From Candidatus Multivoradales bacterium (GTDB taxonomy: Bacteria; Acidobacteriota; Thermoanaerobaculia; Multivoradales; JAHEKO01), in NCBI GenBank assembly GCA_965223155.1, contig CBDCVR010000015.1, positions 384,001 through 448,000 of the forward strand: a stretch of 64,000 nucleotides of DNA, in the 5' to 3' direction. Every line of letters starts with the position of its first letter. The first letter of the stretch is position 1. This document shows, one piece after another, positions 35,581-45,873 of this stretch. The notes under the pieces were generated by a model. The model worked only from the letters and a program-made list of their open reading frames with translations, made no database searches and had not been told where the DNA came from. A program made the position numbers and the translations under genes.

Positions 35581-38385
35581 CTAGAACGGGTTTCCGAAGC
35601 TCAGAAAGATCACCGGCGAATCCGCGAAGTCGTCGTCCAGGGGCCAACCCACCTCCAGCCGGAGCGGGCCCACCGGCGACAGAAACCGCAGTCCGACGCC
35701 GGCGCCGACCTGCAAGGCGTCCAGATCCAGGCCGTCCCAATCGCCGAAAACGTTGCCGGCGTCCACGAACACGGTCCCGCCCAGGGCGCCGGCGATCGGA
35801 AACCTGTAGTCCAGGTTGGCCAGCACCAGCCCATTGCCGCCGATCGGTACCCGCCGCTCGGTGCCATCTTCATCGACCACGGTCAGGAGAGTCTCGCCCT
35901 CGACGCCCAACAGGTCCCGCCGGTAAGCCCGGTGGGTGCTGCGCCCGCCGGCAAAGAAGCGCTCCGAGATCGGTACCGCCGCCGAAGTCAGCCCGTCCGG
36001 CACCGTCGAATCAACGGCCGGCACATCGCCCCCGGGCTCGATGCCGCCGAGGCGAAAACTGCTGGCCAGTACACCGGCTCGCCCCAGCGGCACGTAGCCC
36101 GTCACCTGGCCGAAGGCCTTGGCGAATTGCGCCGTCGCTCCAACCCAGGGGAACGCGTACTCCAGTTGAAGCGATGACGACCAGCCGGTGGTCGGCACCA
36201 GCGGGTCGTTCCGCCGGTCCACAAACCACCTGGGGGTCAGGCTCAGAATGTCCACGTCGCGCAGCCTGCGATCGATCTCGAGCGCCTTGAGAGCGGGGTC
36301 GGGGTCCTCGACCTCCACCTGCTTTGCGGTCAGGAGCAGACCGTAGCGGGACGAGCCGCGCTCGTACTCGCCGTTGATCTGGAGCCCTCTGCGGTCGGAG
36401 GTGAAGCTCTCCTGCTCTTCGACCACCGTAAAGAGCGAATAGGTGACCGGCAAGCGAACGCGTCCGACGAAGGGCTGGCGCACCAGGAAGCGAGCCTGCT
36501 GCTCGCGCTCGCTGAACCGGAGATCCAGCCGGGCAGCCACGGCACGGCCGAAAAGATTGCCGTGCGAGTAGCCCAAGAGCGTGCGCACGCCGTCCTCGGA
36601 GTCGTAGCCGACGCCAAAGCTGCCCTTCTGCGCCCGCCCCTCCACCACCTCCACCAAGACGTCGCGCTCGGTGGCGAACGGCATCGAGGGGGCCAGGCGC
36701 ACGACGACATTCGAGAAGACGCCCAGGCGGTAGAGGTCGCGCTGCACCGTCAGCAGGCGCCTGCGATTGACCGGCTCGCCGCCGGCGAGATCGATCGACC
36801 GGCGCAGAACGTCCGCCCGGACCCGCCGGTTGCCGCGAATCACGACCCGGTCCACGGTCGCCTGCGGCCCTTCCAAGACTCCGAACTCGACGTCGGCCAG
36901 AAGTCCGGAGTCATCCCAGCGCACCTCGGACGACACCTGCGCGGAAAGGTAACCGGCCTCCTCCAGCCGGGCTCGCAGCTCCGCCGCGGCGTCCTCGACA
37001 CGCCGCTGATGGAAGGGTCCTCCGGCCTCGATCGGCAGGCTGCCGGCTGCCGGCGTCAGGGCCTCGAGGCCCGGGTACGTCACCGAGACGACCCGGCGGC
37101 GACGGCCTTCCTGAATCGAAATCGCCACCCGCAGCTCGTCCCCGGCCTCTTCGACCACGGCGGTGCCCACCTCCGCTTCGAAAAAGCCCTCGAGGGCGTA
37201 GTAGGCCCGCAAGTTCCGCAGATCTTCTTCTAGCTCGCTGTCCACCAAGCGTCCACTACCCCGGAAGAACGCGCGAGAGAGCGTCGTCGCCATCCGAGCC
37301 TCGAGGCTTCGCGTGGTCAGGACCTCGTTGCCCTCGAGATCCAGGCTCGTCAGCGTAAACACCGGCCCCGGTTCGATCGTCAGATCGAGGAGACGCTCGT
37401 GGCCGGCTTCGGTTTGCTCCGCCTCGACCCGGACTCGATAGTGACCGCGCCGCTGAAAGTCGTCGCGAATCCGGTTGACGGTCTGGAGCAGAAGCGCTTC
37501 GTCGAAATGTTCCGATTCGAGCGCGTCGAGAAGTCCCCGCCGGCGGAGCAGGTCGGCATCGAACCCCGAGAACCGGATCCGGAAGACCGGCCCGACGGTC
37601 ACCGGAAACGAGAGCGCCACCGGACCGGCCTCGCCGGGCTCCGACACCGAGGGCTGGCCGACCGACGCGGCCAGGTAACCGCGCTTGATGAGCCAGCGCT
37701 CGAGCCGCTCCGCTTCCTGCGGCAACCGGCCCCGCACGAGACGGTCCCCGACCTTGAGCCGCAGCAGGGCTTCGAGCTCGCTCGCCTCCAGGCCGGCGAG
37801 CTCTCCCGCAACCGCGATCGACGCCACCCTTTGAGGCTCGCGGCAGGTCAGGTGATAGACCACGTCGGCCTGCTGGGTGGCATCGTCCACAGCTACCTCG
37901 AGCCGAACCGCCGCCTCCGGGTAGCCACGCTCGGCCAGCAGGTCCCGGAGGCGGTAGACGCCACGCAGCATCCGGCTCTCGCTCAGGGTCGAGCGGGCGC
38001 GTTGCTCGAGAACGGCGCGGAGCGGCGACTCCTTGAGGCAGACGTCTCCGGCCAAGCGCACCGAACGGACTTGCAGTTTGAGCGCGACCTCGAAGGTCAC
38101 TTGCACCCGGCCGCCGGCATCCGAGTCCGATCCCGCAGGCGAGACCGGGCCGACATAGGCGTGGGCGGTGCGCACGACTCCCGAGGCCTGGAGGTTTCGT
38201 AGGCTTCGACGAACCGCGTCCTCGGACAGAGGCTCGCCGGGCTGGACCACGAGGAGCTCCATTAGCGTCGAGGCTTCGTCGGTCGGTACGCTGCTACGCA
38301 AGACCACGGCATCCACCACCGCGGCCGCGCCGGCGGAGGGGCCCGCCAGGGCCAGGAGCGCCAGGGCTAGAAGGATTCTTCCCAC
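35581..38385 (-). CDS. Omp85-family outer-membrane protein (BamA/TamA type) with multiple POTRA domains
   Basis: POTRA motifs (VIRGNRRV, LYRLGVFSNV), FFAGGRSTHRAY, FVDAGNV, SPVGPLRLEVGW, terminal SFGNPF. Start re-called to GTG 38385. Confidence 0.9.
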   Translation of the reverse strand: MGRILLALALLALAGPSAGAAAVVDAVVLRSSVPTDEASTLMELLVVQPGEPLSEDAVRRSLRNLQASGVVRTAHAYVGPVSPAGSDSDAGGRVQVTFEVALKLQVRSVRLAGDVCLKESPLRAVLEQRARSTLSESRMLRGVYRLRDLLAERGYPEAAVRLEVAVDDATQQADVVYHLTCREPQRVASIAVAGELAGLEASELEALLRLKVGDRLVRGRLPQEAERLERWLIKRGYLAASVGQPSVSEPGEAGPVALSFPVTVGPVFRIRFSGFDADLLRRRGLLDALESEHFDEALLLQTVNRIRDDFQRRGHYRVRVEAEQTEAGHERLLDLTIEPGPVFTLTSLDLEGNEVLTTRSLEARMATTLSRAFFRGSGRLVDSELEEDLRNLRAYYALEGFFEAEVGTAVVEEAGDELRVAISIQEGRRRRVVSVTYPGLEALTPAAGSLPIEAGGPFHQRRVEDAAAELRARLEEAGYLSAQVSSEVRWDDSGLLADVEFGVLEGPQATVDRVVIRGNRRVRADVLRRSIDLAGGEPVNRRRLLTVQRDLYRLGVFSNVVVRLAPSMPFATERDVLVEVVEGRAQKGSFGVGYDSEDGVRTLLGYSHGNLFGRAVAARLDLRFSEREQQARFLVRQPFVGRVRLPVTYSLFTVVEEQESFTSDRRGLQINGEYERGSSRYGLLLTAKQVEVEDPDPALKALEIDRRLRDVDILSLTPRWFVDRRNDPLVPTTGWSSSLQLEYAFPWVGATAQFAKAFGQVTGYVPLGRAGVLASSFRLGGIEPGGDVPAVDSTVPDGLTSAAVPISERFFAGGRSTHRAYRRDLLGVEGETLLTVVDEDGTERRVPIGGNGLVLANLDYRFPIAGALGGTVFVDAGNVFGDWDGLDLDALQVGAGVGLRFLSPVGPLRLEVGWPLDDDFADSPVIFLSFGNPF

Positions 38386-41300
38386 TTGGCGTCCACGGCG
38401 TAGGTGCCGTCGCCGTTTTGTGTCAAGACCAGGACCACCGAAGAACTGAGGCTCCACTTGAGCTCGAGCACCTGCTCTTCGGTCTGGGAGGGGTCGTAGG
38501 AATAGGTGGCGAAGAGATCTCTCGAAAGCTGCTTGCCGACGGTCACTCGCGCCGACGACAGGCTACCGGTCGAGCTGGTGAGCGGATCGATCCGGAACTG
38601 GTCGAGGCCGAAGAGACGATTGAACCGGCTCGCCACCAGGGAGCCGGCCTGGCCGTACAGGAAACCCTCGGCGGCCGCCTGGTCGTCGGCGCCCGAGCCC
38701 TCGAGCGACGCCTCACCTGGCTGGGTGCCACCGGTCAGAAGCGCCAGGACTTCGAGCTCCGCCAGGGGCGGGTCAGACACGAAGTCGAAGTCCAGCTGAT
38801 CCGGCGTCCCCGACAGATTGAGCTGCAGATCGTAGTCGCGCAGGTCGGCCCGCGCCACCAGATCGATGACCGGCTGCAACCGGTACGGATTCGTAAAACT
38901 CAGCAAACCCCGCTCCAGCCGGTACTCGGTGCCCGAGTAGACCAACTCGCCACCGGGCTCGAGCTCCACCTCGCCGAAGACGATCGGGCGCGCCAGGCTG
39001 CCCCGGATCACCAGATCGGCCGACCCGGTGAGATCGGCAGCGTTGTTGCGGATCCGCAGCGTGTTGTCGGCGACGACGTCCAGATTCAGGAGAGTCGTCG
39101 AGAGCCATTCGTCGGTCTCGCCCACCTCCACCCGCCGCCGGGCGAACATGACGCTCAGCAGCTGGTCCAGGCCGGTCGGCACGTTCCCCAGGTAGAGAGC
39201 TCGATCCAGTGAAACCGTGCCGGTCAACTGCTGCCCGGCTGGATTGGACGCCAGCACCACGTCGGAATCGGCCCGGATCGACCAACCCTCCGGGTAGCGC
39301 AAACTCATGTCCGCGCCCGAGACCTGGAAGGTGTAGGTCGGGGCGTCTCCATCCCAGCGCATGCTGCCGGCACCGCGAATCGCACCGCCCGCCGCCTCCG
39401 CCTCGAGCGTGTCGAGCACCAGCTGATCGGGATAGAAGAGCAAGACCGCGCGTGTGTCGCGCGCGGCCAGGGTCAGCCCCGGAGCCAGGATCCGACCATC
39501 GACCAGCTCGCCGACGCCGTCGAAGTCGATCGCCTCGGACGCACCGCCGACGGATCCAATCACGTCGAACCGACCCTCCGAGAACTCCAGGCCCTCGGGA
39601 ACCCAGGGCTCGAACCAGGCCGCGTCCATCGAAGCCTGCACGTTGAGATCCACCGCGCCGGGCTCGGAGAGAGCGAGGCTTCCGCCTACGAAGAGCTCAC
39701 TGACCCCGGCCGGATCGCCCAGAAAGAGGCTCACCAGCTCGACCGAGCCGTCCTCGATCCTGGCCTCCACCGGCTCGAGGTTGGTCAGAGCGAGATCCCC
39801 ATGCGCGAGCGATAGCCGCTCCAGCGCGAGCGTGGCCACGGGCAGGGACTCGGTTCCCAAGGCTCCAACGACGTCGAGCCGGCCACCAGCGCTGGCGGCA
39901 AGGCCCGGGAGCTCGGCGTCGGTGGCCAGCCGGGCCAGGGCCGCGAGATCGATCGCCTCCACCGCAAAGGACAGGTCTACGGCCTCCCCGGTCACGTCTC
40001 CGCCACCGGCGACCTGCAACAGCTCAGGCAGATCGAGCTCCAGCTCAGCCCGGCCATCGCCCCAGCGGGCCTCGAGCTCACCGCTGCCCGCGCCCAGCGC
40101 CCGGCCTCCCAGGGTCAACTCGTCCAAGCGGGCTTCGAGGGCGAGGTCCGGCAGCGCCGACGAGCCCGTCAGGCGAGCGTCGATCGCGACCGTGCCGGCG
40201 AGCTCGGCTCGCCGCTCGCCGGCTCCTCCGAATCGAGCCAGCAGGTCGGCCGCAGCCAGACCGTCCGACTCAGCCGCGAGGTCCAGCCGGTCGGCCGCCG
40301 TGTCGAAGAGACCCAGCACGCGGATCGCCGCTTCGCCCAGCCGCAGCTCGGCCTCGTGAACCGTCAGCACGCCGGAGGCAAGCGCCAGGTCGGCGTCCAG
40401 TCGATCCAGCTCGATCGACGAGGTCGCGCCCGAGAGCACCAGCGGGACTGACTGTCCCCGCACCGTCGCGGCTAGATCCTCACCCGCGCCGCGCATCGTG
40501 ACAGCGCCCGAAAAGTCCCCATCGGCCGGGAGCTCGAACGGCAGCCACACCGCCGCCTGTCCCAGGGGCCAGCGCTCGGCGTCGATCGCCAGATCCAGGT
40601 CCGGAGCTTCCGGATCCGCGAGATCGATCTCGCCGGCGACGATCATGGCGGCGTCCCGATCCAGCAGCTCGAGGCGCAGATCTCGGATCGCCGCCGGTTC
40701 GACACGCAGCCGGCCGCGAAGCTCTTTCGCGGCGAACCCGGGGGCCTCGACTTCTTCGAGGTCGAGGTCGACCTGGGTCACGACTCGTTCTCCGGCAAGC
40801 TCGACCCGGCCTCCAATCGCGCCCCGGCCTCGCTCCGGCCGCCAGGGGCTCTCGTCTGCGGGCAGGGGCAGGAGCTCGAGGACGCGCTCGACCCGGTCGG
40901 TGGCGACGTCGAAGTCGAAGGCGCCCGACCCGTCCGCGATGTCGTAGCTCCCCTCCGCCTGGATGAGATGTCCATCGCCTTGTAAGCGCACCGCCTCTGT
41001 GGACAGAACGCCCTCGCCGATGTTGAGGACCGCCGAGCCGCTCATCGGGATTCCCGGGCCCTCCGCCGGCCGGATCTCGAGATCGGCCCAGCCGTGCCCA
41101 GCGTCCGGCTGCGACCGCTCGAACTGGTACGTAATGGCGCCATCCGCGCGGCTCGCAAAGCCCGCGAGCGGAATCTTCTGATCGGCCAAGAGAGCGTCCA
41201 GGGCGACTCCCTCGAGACGCAGGTCGATCTCGACGTCCGGCTCGCTCGCGCCGGTCTCGACCCGGGCCGAGTCTTGGCTCTGGCTTGGGCCAGGGCTCGA

Positions 41301-42359
41301 GCGAGAGCCCGAGGCCATCTTCACCGCTCCGCGCAGGTCGCCTCCCGAATAGTCGGCCCGCTCGATCTGCACGCGAAGCCCCTCGGCGTCGGCCACGATC
41401 CGGCCGCGCACGTCGGCCAGATCCCGCTCCAGCACCGTGACCCGGCGCGACTCGAGGTCGCCACTCACCGACCAAGCCGGTCCCGAACGCACGAACGCGC
41501 CGGCGAACTCGAACGGCCCCGCCAGCAGGCCGTTGCCGTACCCAAGCCGATCCAGCACGGCCAGGCGCCCACCGGCATCGATCCGAAATCGCGCCTCGGG
41601 CGCTTGGCCCCAGGTCCACCGGCCGTAGACCTCAGCGCGAACGTCGGGCGCTTCGAGGGTGCCGCTCCGCAGAGTGAAGCCCTTCGCGTCCAGCGCCACC
41701 TGCATCGTCAACGAGCCCAGGTACGGTTCGGCATCGCCATGGCGGAAGCTCACTTCCTCCGCCCGGGCCCGACCCTCGAGGCTCAGACCTTCGCCGGCCT
41801 CCGATCCTTCGGCTCCTTGGAGAAGGGCCACCACGTTCCGCGCCGACAGGTCCAGGTCGTAGCGACGGTGGTCCAGCTCGAAGATACCGTCCCGGATCTC
41901 GACCCAGCCCAGGAGGAGTCCCAGGCGCCGGTCGCCTCCCGTCCGGGTCCAGCGCGGAGTGTCCGGATTCCCGTCTTCGTCGAATTCGATGCGCACTTCG
42001 GGACGGATGATCTCCAACCGGCGGAGAGTAATCTGCCGCCGCCAGAAGGAGTCTATGTAGGCCTCGACGCGCAGGCGTTCGAGCCGGGCAAAAGGCGGTT
42101 CGGCCGTGTCTTTGCCCGCAATGACCACGTCTTCCAGGGTGGCCGACAGCGGAATCAAGTCCAGATCCACCGAACCGACCTCGACCGGGCGGTCCAGGCC
42201 CGCCGAGACCCGGCTCTCGACCTGGCCCGCCAGCCAGGACGACACCCAGCGCCCTTCGATGAACTTGAGCGCCAGAAACAGGACCAGAACCAGGCCGACG
42301 ATCGTCCAGGCGGCGGGACGGATCAGCCAGCGCGCGGTTCGGGAGCGCCGCCAGCCCAT
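38367..42359 (-). CDS. tamB: Translocation/assembly module TamB (AsmA-like N-terminus, DUF490 C-terminus)
   Basis: N-terminal TM anchor, long beta-rich body, ADLVIRGSLARP, FVSDPPL, RVTVGKQLSRDLFATYS. Confidence 0.88.
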   Translation of the reverse strand: MGWRRSRTARWLIRPAAWTIVGLVLVLFLALKFIEGRWVSSWLAGQVESRVSAGLDRPVEVGSVDLDLIPLSATLEDVVIAGKDTAEPPFARLERLRVEAYIDSFWRRQITLRRLEIIRPEVRIEFDEDGNPDTPRWTRTGGDRRLGLLLGWVEIRDGIFELDHRRYDLDLSARNVVALLQGAEGSEAGEGLSLEGRARAEEVSFRHGDAEPYLGSLTMQVALDAKGFTLRSGTLEAPDVRAEVYGRWTWGQAPEARFRIDAGGRLAVLDRLGYGNGLLAGPFEFAGAFVRSGPAWSVSGDLESRRVTVLERDLADVRGRIVADAEGLRVQIERADYSGGDLRGAVKMASGSRSSPGPSQSQDSARVETGASEPDVEIDLRLEGVALDALLADQKIPLAGFASRADGAITYQFERSQPDAGHGWADLEIRPAEGPGIPMSGSAVLNIGEGVLSTEAVRLQGDGHLIQAEGSYDIADGSGAFDFDVATDRVERVLELLPLPADESPWRPERGRGAIGGRVELAGERVVTQVDLDLEEVEAPGFAAKELRGRLRVEPAAIRDLRLELLDRDAAMIVAGEIDLADPEAPDLDLAIDAERWPLGQAAVWLPFELPADGDFSGAVTMRGAGEDLAATVRGQSVPLVLSGATSSIELDRLDADLALASGVLTVHEAELRLGEAAIRVLGLFDTAADRLDLAAESDGLAAADLLARFGGAGERRAELAGTVAIDARLTGSSALPDLALEARLDELTLGGRALGAGSGELEARWGDGRAELELDLPELLQVAGGGDVTGEAVDLSFAVEAIDLAALARLATDAELPGLAASAGGRLDVVGALGTESLPVATLALERLSLAHGDLALTNLEPVEARIEDGSVELVSLFLGDPAGVSELFVGGSLALSEPGAVDLNVQASMDAAWFEPWVPEGLEFSEGRFDVIGSVGGASEAIDFDGVGELVDGRILAPGLTLAARDTRAVLLFYPDQLVLDTLEAEAAGGAIRGAGSMRWDGDAPTYTFQVSGADMSLRYPEGWSIRADSDVVLASNPAGQQLTGTVSLDRALYLGNVPTGLDQLLSVMFARRRVEVGETDEWLSTTLLNLDVVADNTLRIRNNAADLTGSADLVIRGSLARPIVFGEVELEPGGELVYSGTEYRLERGLLSFTNPYRLQPVIDLVARADLRDYDLQLNLSGTPDQLDFDFVSDPPLAELEVLALLTGGTQPGEASLEGSGADDQAAAEGFLYGQAGSLVASRFNRLFGLDQFRIDPLTSSTGSLSSARVTVGKQLSRDLFATYSYDPSQTEEQVLELKWSLSSSVVLVLTQNGDGTYAVDAKWEESF

Positions 42360-42590
42360 CGCTTAGCAGCCCGCGGTGGACGTCAAGACGGTCGCCGTGC
42401 AGCCGCCGTACGGTGTGATGCAAGGCGTCGCGACGAGCCTGATGCGGTGGCCTCGTCGAGGAACGGCGCCGCCGCTACCCACCCCACGCCGCTCGCCATC
42501 CGTGAGGCGACCAACTCGCCTCTTCCTCGCTTCTACAAGCTGCACCGCAAGCCCTTGCCGCGCGACCCTCGGGACTTCGACCACGGACTG

Positions 42591-43469
42591 CTAGCCTCCC
42601 CAGCGGAGCTTGCCCCGGAGGCTGTCGTAGAAGGTGCGCCCGCTGGTCCGCACCAGGTGAATTCCCTGCCCGGACCGGGTGATCCGGACCTTGTCGAGAT
42701 ACCCGAGGGTCAAGCCCTCCTGGCCGTCGAGCGTCAAGTACACCTCGGCACTTTGAGTCTCGAGGGTGACCTCGATCGCGCTGTCCGCCGGCACCACGAT
42801 GGGCCGCAGCGAGAACGTGTGCGGACAGATCGGGGTCAGCAGAGCCACCGGCAGCTCCGGATGGACGATGGGCCCGCCGGCGGAGAGGTTGTAGGCCGTC
42901 GATCCCGTGGGGGTCGACAGGATCAAGCCGTCGGAACGATACGTCGTCACCAAGCGCTCATCGACTCTGAGCGTCAGCTGGATGATCCGCGACAGCGCGC
43001 TCTTGGCGATGACGGCGTCGTTGAGGACGCGAAAGCGTTCTCCCTTACCTTCGGCCCGCTGGATCTCTACGTCCAACAGGGCGCGCTCCTCGAGGCGGTA
43101 GCGGCCGGAGAAGACGTCGACGAGACTGGGATAGAGCTCGGCTCGGCCCACTTCGGTCAGGAAGCCCAGCGTGCCCAGGTTGACGCCCAGGATCGGCACC
43201 CCCGCCGGTGCCGCCCTTGCCGCGCCCAGGAGCGTTCCATCCCCGCCCAGAACCACCACCAGGTCGTAGCGCTCGCCGGGCTGATAGAAGGGGCCGTCCG
43301 CGCCCGCGCCGCTTGGCGCCGCGCGCGCGACGGTTTCCTCCAGATGCACCTCGAGTCCCCGCCGGACCAGCCACTCGGCCAGCTCGCGCGCCGTGCGCAC
43401 GGCCTCTCGGCTCGACCGTTTGGCGATGACGCCGACGGTCCGGACGTCGCCGTTCTTCGCCGCCGTCAC
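42591..43469 (-). CDS. nadK: NAD(+) kinase
   Basis: LGGDGTLL, GVNLGTLGFL, LND, DGLILSTPTGSTAYNLSAGGP, PICPH. Confidence 0.96.
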   Translation of the reverse strand: MTAAKNGDVRTVGVIAKRSSREAVRTARELAEWLVRRGLEVHLEETVARAAPSGAGADGPFYQPGERYDLVVVLGGDGTLLGAARAAPAGVPILGVNLGTLGFLTEVGRAELYPSLVDVFSGRYRLEERALLDVEIQRAEGKGERFRVLNDAVIAKSALSRIIQLTLRVDERLVTTYRSDGLILSTPTGSTAYNLSAGGPIVHPELPVALLTPICPHTFSLRPIVVPADSAIEVTLETQSAEVYLTLDGQEGLTLGYLDKVRITRSGQGIHLVRTSGRTFYDSLRGKLRWGG

Positions 43470-44203
43470 TGCCGCTCTCCCAGACGAAACAGCGCGAACG
43501 TCTCGCGGTTGCCCTTGGCACCGGCAACCGGCGACTCGACCGTGCCCTCGCAGACGAGCCCCAGCCTCTCGAGACTCAAGACCACCTCAGCGACCACCCG
43601 ACGCCGGATCTCGGGGTCGCGCACGATGCCGCCCTTGCCGACCAGCTCGCGGCCGGCCTCGAATTGGGGCTTGACCAGCGCCAGCACCCGGGCCTCGGGG
43701 GCGAGCACGCCCAGAACCGCCGGGACCACCTTGGCCAGCGAGATGAACGAGAGGTCAAGCGTCGCCAGCCGGCAAGGCTCGGGAATCGCGTCGGACTCGA
43801 GATAGCGGGCGTTGACACGCTCGAGGGCCACCACCCGCGAGTCCTGGCGGAGGGTGTAGTCGAGCTGACCGTAGCCCACGTCGACAGCGTACACCCGCCG
43901 GGCACCGCGCTCGAGCAGGCAGTGAGTGAACCCACCGGTGGAGGCTCCGACGTCGGCACAGACCCAGCCTGTAGGGTCGAGTTCCAGGGCGTCCAGGGCC
44001 GCTTCGAGCTTGCGCCCGCCACGGGAAACGTAGGGCTCGGCGGCGGCGCGCACGAGCACGTCGGCACCGGACTGAACGCCGGTTCCGGGCTTATCGACGC
44101 GACGGCCGTCTACCTCCACCAGGCCGGCCATGATCGCGCGCCGAGCGCGCTCGCGGGACGGAAAATCCCCTCGCCGGTGCAGCAACTGGTCGAGCCGTTC
44201 CAT
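43466..44203 (-). CDS. tlyA: TlyA family rRNA 2'-O-methyltransferase
   Basis: S4 domain (RLDQLL), YVSRGGRKL, DVGASTGGFT, DVGYGQL, DLSFISL, LVKPQFE, GNRE. Confidence 0.95.
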   Translation of the reverse strand: MERLDQLLHRRGDFPSRERARRAIMAGLVEVDGRRVDKPGTGVQSGADVLVRAAAEPYVSRGGRKLEAALDALELDPTGWVCADVGASTGGFTHCLLERGARRVYAVDVGYGQLDYTLRQDSRVVALERVNARYLESDAIPEPCRLATLDLSFISLAKVVPAVLGVLAPEARVLALVKPQFEAGRELVGKGGIVRDPEIRRRVVAEVVLSLERLGLVCEGTVESPVAGAKGNRETFALFRLGERQ

Positions 44204-44209
44204 GCGGCC

Positions 44210-45439
44210 CTATTCTCCCACGCGCGAAGCGCTCGCTGGGATTGGCTGCCGAGCGTCAGACTCGGTTTGGATCGGCCGAAGCGCGAAGGGAATCGCCATC
44301 AGGAACAGGGCGATTCTCTGGACCTCGGTATCCAGCCAGTTGGCCTCGAACAGACCGGCCACCGCGAAGCACACGAGCCCCAAGAAGCTGGCCAGGCACA
44401 GCTCGTCCGCGGCCGGATCCCGCCCCCGAGCCTCAGCGCCTCTCGCCTGCCCACGAAAGGCGGCTCCCAGAGCCACGGCCAAGAGCCACAGCAACGCGGC
44501 CAGGCCCACCAGTCCCTGCTCGGCGGCTACGTGCAGAAAGGAGTTGTGCAGATGCTCGGCCGAGTGCCGGGGAGCGGACAGCGGCCGGTAGATGGGATAG
44601 AGCTCGCGCACCATGCCCGGACCGATCCCGAAGAAGGGCCGCTCGCGCAGCATCTCGGCTCCGGCTTCGAGCATCGACAACCGGTCGTAGTTCGACGGAT
44701 TCTGAAGATCGAAAATCGAGGCCATCCGGCCCCGTACGGGCGCCGGCAGCAGCACCGCCGCGATCGCCAGCACCGGCAGCCCTGCCAGGAGCCACCTGGG
44801 CTTGCGCACGACCGCCAGGGTGACGAGCCCGGCGGCCAGGGCCACCCAGGCGCTCCGGGTCAAGCTGCCCAGGAGACCGGCGATGAGAACCAGCAGAGCG
44901 GCCCAGCGCCATTGCCGAACCTCGAACTTGCGGCAAGCGAGCTGGGCCAGGCAGACGGCCACGGCCAGGAGCAGAACGCCTGCGAAGGTCATGTAGTGCG
45001 AGAACGGACCCCGGATGCGGTTCTCGAGGCCGCCGAAGCCGGCTCCAAACTGCGCCAGTCCCCACACCGAGCAGAGCGTGGCCACGATGACGAATCCGTC
45101 TACAACGACCCCGATGTCGCGCGCGCTGCGCAGCCAGATCGCGGCCATTGGCAGGCTCACCAGGGCCAGGATCTCACCGGCTTCCCGGACGCTGACGCGG
45201 GTATCGAATGAGAACGTGACCGACACCGCGAGCGCGGCGCCGTACAGAACAAGCGGCGTCAGGATCGGCCGGAACCGAACCAGTCGCGCCTTTGCGTCAG
45301 GCGCCCAGCGCGCCAGGATGAGCGCCACCGCCAGCGCGATGTTGGAAGCCGCCAGGCCGAAGATCGCCCAGACGTGGACAATGAAGGCCCAGCGCCCGGT
45401 CCGTTCCGGAGACCAGCTGGGACGGGAGGTTCTAGCCAC
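44210..45439 (-). CDS. O-antigen ligase (WaaL/Wzy_C) family protein
   Basis: RIRGPFSHYMT, SLTRSAW, RPFFGIGPG, HLHNSFLHVAAEQGLVG. Confidence 0.88.
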   Translation of the reverse strand: MARTSRPSWSPERTGRWAFIVHVWAIFGLAASNIALAVALILARWAPDAKARLVRFRPILTPLVLYGAALAVSVTFSFDTRVSVREAGEILALVSLPMAAIWLRSARDIGVVVDGFVIVATLCSVWGLAQFGAGFGGLENRIRGPFSHYMTFAGVLLLAVAVCLAQLACRKFEVRQWRWAALLVLIAGLLGSLTRSAWVALAAGLVTLAVVRKPRWLLAGLPVLAIAAVLLPAPVRGRMASIFDLQNPSNYDRLSMLEAGAEMLRERPFFGIGPGMVRELYPIYRPLSAPRHSAEHLHNSFLHVAAEQGLVGLAALLWLLAVALGAAFRGQARGAEARGRDPAADELCLASFLGLVCFAVAGLFEANWLDTEVQRIALFLMAIPFALRPIQTESDARQPIPASASRVGE

Positions 45440-45480
45440 GATTGGCGGCCTCGGGCACCGGGTTCTGAAGAGGCCGGTAG

Positions 45481-45729
45481 CTAGCCGAGGATCGACGCCG
45501 GCAGCGCCTCATCGACCAGCATCACCGGAATGTCCGAGACGACCGGATAGACCAGCTCGGACTCGGCGCAAAGCAGCCCCTGCTCGACCACGGGAGGAGT
45601 TTCCCGGAAGTGCTCCTTGTACTTCTCGACCAGCTCCGACCGGACCGACTCGGGCAAGTCCACGAGCTCGAGACTGCCCTTCGTCTTGGGACAGACCAGA
45701 ATCTCGAGAAGCTCCGGATCGACGGCCAT
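45481..45729 (-). CDS. Trm112/YcaR family protein
   Basis: [20 protein letters not shown]...LLC...[15 protein letters not shown]. Confidence 0.88.
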   Translation of the reverse strand: MAVDPELLEILVCPKTKGSLELVDLPESVRSELVEKYKEHFRETPPVVEQGLLCAESELVYPVVSDIPVMLVDEALPASILG

Positions 45730-45873
45730 TCGTTGCGCGCTCCAAGTCTCAGAGTATCACGCTGTCCGAGGCGGCGCGGACGGCCCGACGGGCGCAGCAG
45801 CGTGCTACGATCCGGCGTCGCCGGCGCTCGCAACGCCGCCGGCAGGCGCCGATCCACCCCCCCACGAAAGATC

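Noticed and set aside
41094-43805. 903-aa plus-strand ORF
   Set aside because: Antisense to tamB, nadK and tlyA, with no recognisable domains.
43466-44203. TlyA as a haemolysin or virulence factor
   Set aside because: The tlyA-nadK context and motifs fit the housekeeping rRNA methyltransferase.
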